Positions 59,412-64,000 of a DNA stretch of 64,000 bases are shown here, piece after piece. The DNA is taken from positions 17,879 through 81,878 of the forward strand of contig JBFXED010000017.1 in the NCBI GenBank assembly GCA_050180485.1, given 5' to 3'. The stretch is from Alphaproteobacteria bacterium. Its GTDB lineage: Bacteria > Pseudomonadota > Alphaproteobacteria > CADEGL01. The notes beneath the pieces are model-generated. The model ran no database searches and was not told where the DNA came from. It saw only the letters and a list, made by a program, of their open reading frames with translations. Within the stretch, counting starts at the first letter, position 1. Every line of letters starts with the position of its first letter. The position numbers and the translations under genes were made by a program.

Positions 59412-60125
59412 ATGGCTGCCGTGCGTCCCGGAGCCGCCTTGAGAATCCAGACCGTCCTCGCCTTCGCCGCCGTTCTCGCCTTGGCCGCATGCGGTGGCGG
59501 GTCCAAACGCGAACCGCCACCCCTCACCGATTCCTCCAAGGTTCTGGAGGAAGGGACGCAGCTTCAAGCGGCGGGGAAATGCGACCAAGCCGTGCCCTAT
59601 CTCTATCACCTGGCCGACCAGGGACAAGGATTCGAGATCGCCCAATACCGGCTGGGCAAATGCCGCCTGACGCAAGGCGGCGGCGATGCCAACTCCGACG
59701 CGACATTGGACGGCCTTTTGTGGCTGCGGCGTGCCGCCGGCGGCGGGCAACCCGAGGCCCAGGCCGACCTTGCCATTTTCTACACGAACGGACCGGCCAA
59801 GCTGCGCGATCCGGTGGAAGCGGCGATGTGGCTCGCGATTTACGAATCGAACGGCCGCCGCCATCTGGTGGGCTTCAACCCCATGCCGGTGACGACCCTG
59901 CGCCAACTCAAGGAAACCTTGGGAGACGCGAACTTGGCGGAGGGGCAGAAGCGCGCCAATGCCTGGCGCCAAATTCCTTGGAACCCACCCGACCGCGTCC
60001 TGAAGCCGGGTGGCGGCGGCCCGCGCTTTACGCCGCCGCCCGCCGATCTGGGCGGGCCAACCGGCCAGGGCGGCAAGGAGCCGGGCCCCACCCTGCCGCC
60101 GCTGATCCCGCAGAAATCCCCGTAG
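59412..60125 (+). CDS. Sel1/TPR-like repeat lipoprotein with Gly/Pro-rich C-terminus
   Basis: Signal peptide plus lipobox (LALAACGG). Two or three Sel1-like units (AQYRLGKCRL ... LLWLRRAAGGGQPEAQADLAIFYTNG). Confidence 0.5.
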   Translation: MAAVRPGAALRIQTVLAFAAVLALAACGGGSKREPPPLTDSSKVLEEGTQLQAAGKCDQAVPYLYHLADQGQGFEIAQYRLGKCRLTQGGGDANSDATLDGLLWLRRAAGGGQPEAQADLAIFYTNGPAKLRDPVEAAMWLAIYESNGRRHLVGFNPMPVTTLRQLKETLGDANLAEGQKRANAWRQIPWNPPDRVLKPGGGGPRFTPPPADLGGPTGQGGKEPGPTLPPLIPQKSP

Positions 60126-60134
60126 GCCGGACCG

Positions 60135-60584
60135 CTAGGCCTTTTTCTCCCAGCCGCCGCGGTCGGTCTGCTGCCAGTACGTCACGGCGTGGCCAGCGGC
60201 GGCATATTCCTTCCAACGCGCGCGCGCGGCGGACACCCGATCGGGGTCGTTGCCGTCGAACAGTTCGCAGCAGATCTTGAATCCACCGATGTCGAGCGCC
60301 GCCGCACCGTCGGTCAGCACCAGCACGTCGGCGCTGTTTGGATTCTCCTCGGACGCCGTCAACCAGATCGGCTGCTCGGCCGCGTTGCCGTCGCGCGCGG
60401 TGCCGTGGGGTAGAAAAGCGCGCTGGTCGTACGTCCACAGATGGGCGGCCAGCGCTTCGACCCTTTCGTCCGAGCCCGACATCACCACCGCGCGCGAGCC
60501 GCGCTCCAGGATCTTCTCGAGGAGCTGCGGCAGCGTCTGCTCGAGCGAGCGCCGTTGCAGATGGTAGAAGCGGACGTCGGTCAC
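60135..60584 (-). CDS. holC: DNA polymerase III subunit chi
   Basis: 149 aa, MTDVRFYHL... Start overlaps the pepA stop, the classic pepA-holC pair. Confidence 0.8.
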   Translation of the reverse strand: MTDVRFYHLQRRSLEQTLPQLLEKILERGSRAVVMSGSDERVEALAAHLWTYDQRAFLPHGTARDGNAAEQPIWLTASEENPNSADVLVLTDGAAALDIGGFKICCELFDGNDPDRVSAARARWKEYAAAGHAVTYWQQTDRGGWEKKA

Positions 60585-62068
60585 GTTTCGTAGTGGTCGG
60601 CCACCATGCGGTCGAGCAAGCGCAGGCCGAACGCCGTGGCACCCTTGGGCACGGTGGGCGCGTCCTTCTTCGACCAGGTGGTGCCCGCGATATCCAGGTG
60701 TGCCCAGGGCACCTTGTTCACAAAGCGCTGGAGGAACTGGGCCGCCGTGATGCTGCCCGCGCCGCCATCGCCGATGTTCTTCATGTCGGCCGCGTCGGAA
60801 TCGAGCATCCGGTCGTAGCCGTCGGCCAGCGGCAGACGCCAGAGCAACTCGTCCACCTTCTTGCCGGCCTCCGTCAGGCGCTGCGACAGGTCGTCATTGT
60901 TGCTGAACAGGCCGGCGTGAAGGTTGCCGAGCGAAACGATGATGGCGCCGGTGAGCGTGGCCAGGTTGACCATGAATTGCGGCTTGAAACGCTGCTGTGT
61001 GTACCACAGCGCGTCGGCCAGGATCAGGCGGCCCTCGGCGTCGGTGTTCAACACCTCGATGGTCTGGCCCGACATCGAGCGAACGATGTCGCCCGGACGC
61101 TGGGCATTGCCGTCCGGCATGTTCTCGACCATGGCGCAGACGCCGACGGCATTGACCTTGGCCTTACGGCCGGCCAGGGCGCGCATCAGTCCGACCACGA
61201 CGCCCGCCCCGCCCATGTCCCACTTCATGTCCCACATGCCGTTCGCGGGCTTGATCGAGATGCCGCCCGTGTCGAACGTGACGCCCTTGCCGATGAAGGC
61301 CACGGGCTGCGCGCCCTTCGCGGCACCGTTCCAACGCATGACCACGAGACGCGGCTTGAAGGTGCTGCCTTGGGCCACGCCCAGCAAAGCGCCCATACCC
61401 AACTTCGCCATCTGCTTCTCATCCAGCACCTCGACCTCGACGCCCGTATCCTTCAGCGTCTTGGCCTGGGCGGCGAAGCTGTCGGGATAGATGACGTTAG
61501 GCGGCTCGGAGACCAGATCGCGCGTCATGAAGACGCCCTCGGCCACCTTCGCCATGGGCGCGAACGCCTTGCGCGCCGCGGCGGCGCCATCGACGAGGAT
61601 GGTGACGCGCTTCAGGCGCGGCTTGTCTTCCTTCTTCTCCTTGGTCCGGTACTTGTCGAAGCGGTAGGCGCGCAGCTTGACGCCGAGCGCCAGGTGCGCA
61701 GCGCGGGTTGGGCTGTCCAGTTTGGATTCAGCCACGGGACCTACGGTCAGATAGACGGGACCGGACAACTTGGCTGCGTGCGCGTAGATCGACCCGCCCA
61801 GCGATTCGATGGCCAGCGCGTCCAACTTCTCCGGCTCGCCGATCCCCAGCAGCAGGACTCGGTCGAGGCGTGTTTTCGACGGCAGCAGGATCTCCTTGAC
61901 CGTTCCCTTCTTGCCCTTGAACTCGGACGTCGCTATGGCGCGCTTGATCGCGCCGCCCATTTTCTTATCCAGCGTCGTCGCGGGCCCGCCCAGCTTGCCC
62001 CCCGCCTTGATCGCGACCACGAGCGTGCCGGAGGTGGGCAAAGTCAGTTCGGAAAACGTGATATCCAT
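60581..62068 (-). CDS. pepA: Leucyl aminopeptidase (M17)
   Basis: 495 aa with the NTDAEGRL signature and VGKGVTFDTGG. Confidence 0.9.
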   Translation of the reverse strand: MDITFSELTLPTSGTLVVAIKAGGKLGGPATTLDKKMGGAIKRAIATSEFKGKKGTVKEILLPSKTRLDRVLLLGIGEPEKLDALAIESLGGSIYAHAAKLSGPVYLTVGPVAESKLDSPTRAAHLALGVKLRAYRFDKYRTKEKKEDKPRLKRVTILVDGAAAARKAFAPMAKVAEGVFMTRDLVSEPPNVIYPDSFAAQAKTLKDTGVEVEVLDEKQMAKLGMGALLGVAQGSTFKPRLVVMRWNGAAKGAQPVAFIGKGVTFDTGGISIKPANGMWDMKWDMGGAGVVVGLMRALAGRKAKVNAVGVCAMVENMPDGNAQRPGDIVRSMSGQTIEVLNTDAEGRLILADALWYTQQRFKPQFMVNLATLTGAIIVSLGNLHAGLFSNNDDLSQRLTEAGKKVDELLWRLPLADGYDRMLDSDAADMKNIGDGGAGSITAAQFLQRFVNKVPWAHLDIAGTTWSKKDAPTVPKGATAFGLRLLDRMVADHYET

Positions 62069-62266
62069 GAATGGGCTCCTTTGGGCGTCCGGGCCAAGCC
62101 TGAGGCGACTTTAGCCGATCACGCGGCAAAGGAAAGACTTCGGCCGCCTAGCCGTCCGCCAGCCGGTAACCGAAGCAGCGACGCTCTTATCGCTGTTTTA
62201 TTTCGCCGATTTTAAAACGCCGATGTTTCGATACACGCCAAATCTCTGCCATGGCGATGACCGCCA

Positions 62267-63094
62267 TCAACATCCGGAGATGATGGAAAATACGCACGAA
62301 CCGGCCGGCATGAACTCCATGACGTTCACAGTTATATCGAGGAGGAATAGGCTTGAAATGACGCGCTTCCTCGCCCAGCTGCGCGCCCAGGCGGCGCGAC
62401 CCATCTTGAGCCAGCGCCCAAAACTGGGTTCGGCATGCCGGCGCGCCTGCGCGAAACATTCCGGATGGACCAGCGCCTTCACTTCGCCGGGCGGCGAGGC
62501 CTCGGCCAAGCGGGGATTCGCCGCCCGCGTGGCCTCGTCGCAAAAGAGAAGGAGATTCTGCCGATACCACCAAGCAACGTCGCCATCGGTCCACAGACGG
62601 GCACGCAGGCAATCGAAGACGGCATAGCCATGTTGTGCGAATAGGGCCGCCCAGTACTCCGGCCATTGTTCATTCACATGGTGATGCCCGCCCTGCCCGG
62701 GAATGGCAGCCGAGAGAAGCACAGCCGGCGCCAGCGAGACGAGATCGGCAACGAAGGACTGCGCGCGGGCGGGCGGCAAATGCTCGGCGACCTCGAGCGA
62801 GAGAGCGAGGTCGAAGCGGCGGTCGATGCGAATGGCCTGATCGAGGCGCATACGCCGGACCTTGTCGGTCGGAATCTTGAGCTGTTGGGGCGAGATCCAG
62901 GGGCCCTCGACGCCCATGATGTCATCGACGCCCAAGGCCGAGAGCGCGGCTAGCCAGCTTCCGTCGCCACATCCCACGTCGACAGCGCTGCGCACGGGCA
63001 GAAGGGACAGCACGAGCGGCAATACATGCGCGGCCGACGGACCGGCGGTCTGATCCAGACCCCGGTAGAACTCGGCTGAATACGCCGCCCTCAT
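62267..63094 (-). CDS. Class I SAM-dependent methyltransferase
   Basis: Motif I VDVGCGDGSW. Acidic motif II region (LALSLEVAEHL). The C-terminal 50 aa of the ORF may be read-through into the AT-rich pepA promoter region. Confidence 0.7.
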   Translation of the reverse strand: MRAAYSAEFYRGLDQTAGPSAAHVLPLVLSLLPVRSAVDVGCGDGSWLAALSALGVDDIMGVEGPWISPQQLKIPTDKVRRMRLDQAIRIDRRFDLALSLEVAEHLPPARAQSFVADLVSLAPAVLLSAAIPGQGGHHHVNEQWPEYWAALFAQHGYAVFDCLRARLWTDGDVAWWYRQNLLLFCDEATRAANPRLAEASPPGEVKALVHPECFAQARRHAEPSFGRWLKMGRAAWARSWARKRVISSLFLLDITVNVMEFMPAGSCVFSIISGC

Positions 63095-63106
63095 CGCCGT
63101 GCCGGA

Positions 63107-63706
63107 TTATTTCTTGAAGATCTTGTCGATCGGCACGGAGAAAGTCGCGCCAGCAACCTCGGTGCCCGGGTTGTAGCTGCCGAAGACCTTGCCGTGGGAC
63201 ATATGTGTGAAATAAGCACCCATCTGGTAACCGCCGTCGAAGATATAAGCCAACTCGACGCTCGAGCGCAGAACGCCGTTGGAACCCAAGTCCTTACCGT
63301 CGTTACCTGGTACATACAGCGTTGGAGCGGTGTTAACCGACAACAGGATGCGCTTGGAGAAATACGCATCCAGGCGCAAACCGAGATAGGTGTAGATGCT
63401 GCCGTCGGACGTTCCGTCGATACCAATGAACGGTTTGAATTTCCAAAGCCAAAGATTCGAGCGGTACTCCAAGCCAAAGTCGGCGGCCGTATTCTCGCCA
63501 TCAACCACGTCGAACATGCCGCCCTTGACGGTCAGCAGATCGGGACCCCGCGCCTGGGGCTCGGGTTCGAACAGCGCCCACAGGAGCATCGGCACAGCGA
63601 CGCCCCCAATCGCGAGCGCGGATGGATCGGCCGCACGCGGCGTGCGAGCCGGCAGCACCGCGACAACTGCCGCGCCCATCAACAGGATCAACAGTTTGCG
63701 AGCCAT
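63107..63706 (-). CDS. PagL-like outer-membrane lipid A deacylase / acyloxyacyl hydrolase family beta-barrel
   Basis: Start MARKLLILLMGAAVVAVLPA (signal peptide). Amphipathic beta-strand pattern. His/Ser pair near the C-terminus (FTHMSHG). C-terminal aromatic-x-Phe-like end (KIFKK is weak). Confidence 0.5.
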   Translation of the reverse strand: MARKLLILLMGAAVVAVLPARTPRAADPSALAIGGVAVPMLLWALFEPEPQARGPDLLTVKGGMFDVVDGENTAADFGLEYRSNLWLWKFKPFIGIDGTSDGSIYTYLGLRLDAYFSKRILLSVNTAPTLYVPGNDGKDLGSNGVLRSSVELAYIFDGGYQMGAYFTHMSHGKVFGSYNPGTEVAGATFSVPIDKIFKK

Positions 63707-63878
63707 TGCCCCCGACCCGTACCGCACCGGGCGCATCATGGGAGTATGAATCCTTAGTTTCAAGCGGGAAGCCTGTGCCGGTCCGAACCGCGATAAAGCA
63801 AAGAACCTATAAAAGGGTCTATAAAAGCCGATGTTTCCGGGGAGCTAGCGTGTGGAACGAGCCGGCCGCTTATTAACG

Positions 63879-64000
63879 GTGTGGATTTGCTTGGCCGTGA
63901 CGGCGGCGAGCGCCGCCCTCTTCATTGCCGTTCCCGAGGTGGATCTGTTCCTTTCGGGGCTTTTTCATGTGCCAGGGCAGGGATTTCCGGCTGAATCCGA
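63879..64000 (+). CDS. Partial CDS (N-terminus only): PAP2-family (lipid-phosphate phosphatase-like) membrane protein
   Basis: GTG start; WICLAVTAASAALFIAVPEVDLFLSGLFHVPGQGF, an N-terminal TM followed by the PELDL..S.LF pattern seen in alphaproteobacterial PAP2/LpxE-like proteins. Truncated by the window end. Confidence 0.3.
   Translation, partial: MWICLAVTAASAALFIAVPEVDLFLSGLFHVPGQGFPAES

Overview
This is a 64-kb, gene-dense, high-GC chromosomal segment that looks alphaproteobacterial, possibly Rhodospirillales-like. That taxonomic call is inference, resting on a glnB-glnA operon with a GG-N10-GC sigma54-type promoter, a tRNA-His with no encoded G-1, the hda - AI-2E permease - pgsA - DUF2066 // purM-purN arrangement, holC-pepA, and a ParE of about 670 aa. 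I can support roughly 65 CDS, one tRNA-His(GTG), several rho-independent terminators and a few candidate operator palindromes. I saw no rRNA, CRISPR array, transposase, integrase or phage gene. Housekeeping loci (glnBA, parE, a DEAD-box helicase, rnd, hda, pgsA, purMN, ndk, holC, pepA) are interleaved with accessory-looking blocks. (i) A LysR / Rieske-oxygenase divergent pair. (ii) Two paralogous glycine-rich proteins of unknown function bracketing tRNA-His. (iii) Three tandem orphan Liv-type solute-binding proteins (SBPs), each with its own terminator. (iv) An amidohydrolase-SDR operon next to an MR/MLE enolase - SET-domain - proline-racemase-family (Ser/Cys type) module. (v) An approximately 17-kb racemase-rich amino-acid catabolic island. 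It holds a ProR Cys/Cys enzyme with a GFA protein, an SDR, four translationally coupled DHA2-type MFS paralogs, a class IV aminotransferase and a complete LivKHMGF-type ABC importer. It also holds an Asp/Glu-racemase-family protein, MmsA, a serine-racemase/threonine-dehydratase-like PLP enzyme and a secreted ADA2-like deaminase. (vi) Envelope genes: an EipB/DUF1849-like protein, a SPOR lipoprotein, and a PagL-like deacylase facing a PAP2-like gene at the window edge. Several convergent gene pairs have overlapping or near-overlapping stop codons, so the genome is very compact. The most unusual items are the Gly-rich paralog pair, the bacterial SET-domain gene coupled to the enolase, and the MFS quadruplication. 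Also unusual are a purM whose conserved N-terminus precedes any canonical start codon (possible AUU start) and a 40-aa ORF, absent from the ORF track, that resembles cytochrome oxidase subunit IV.
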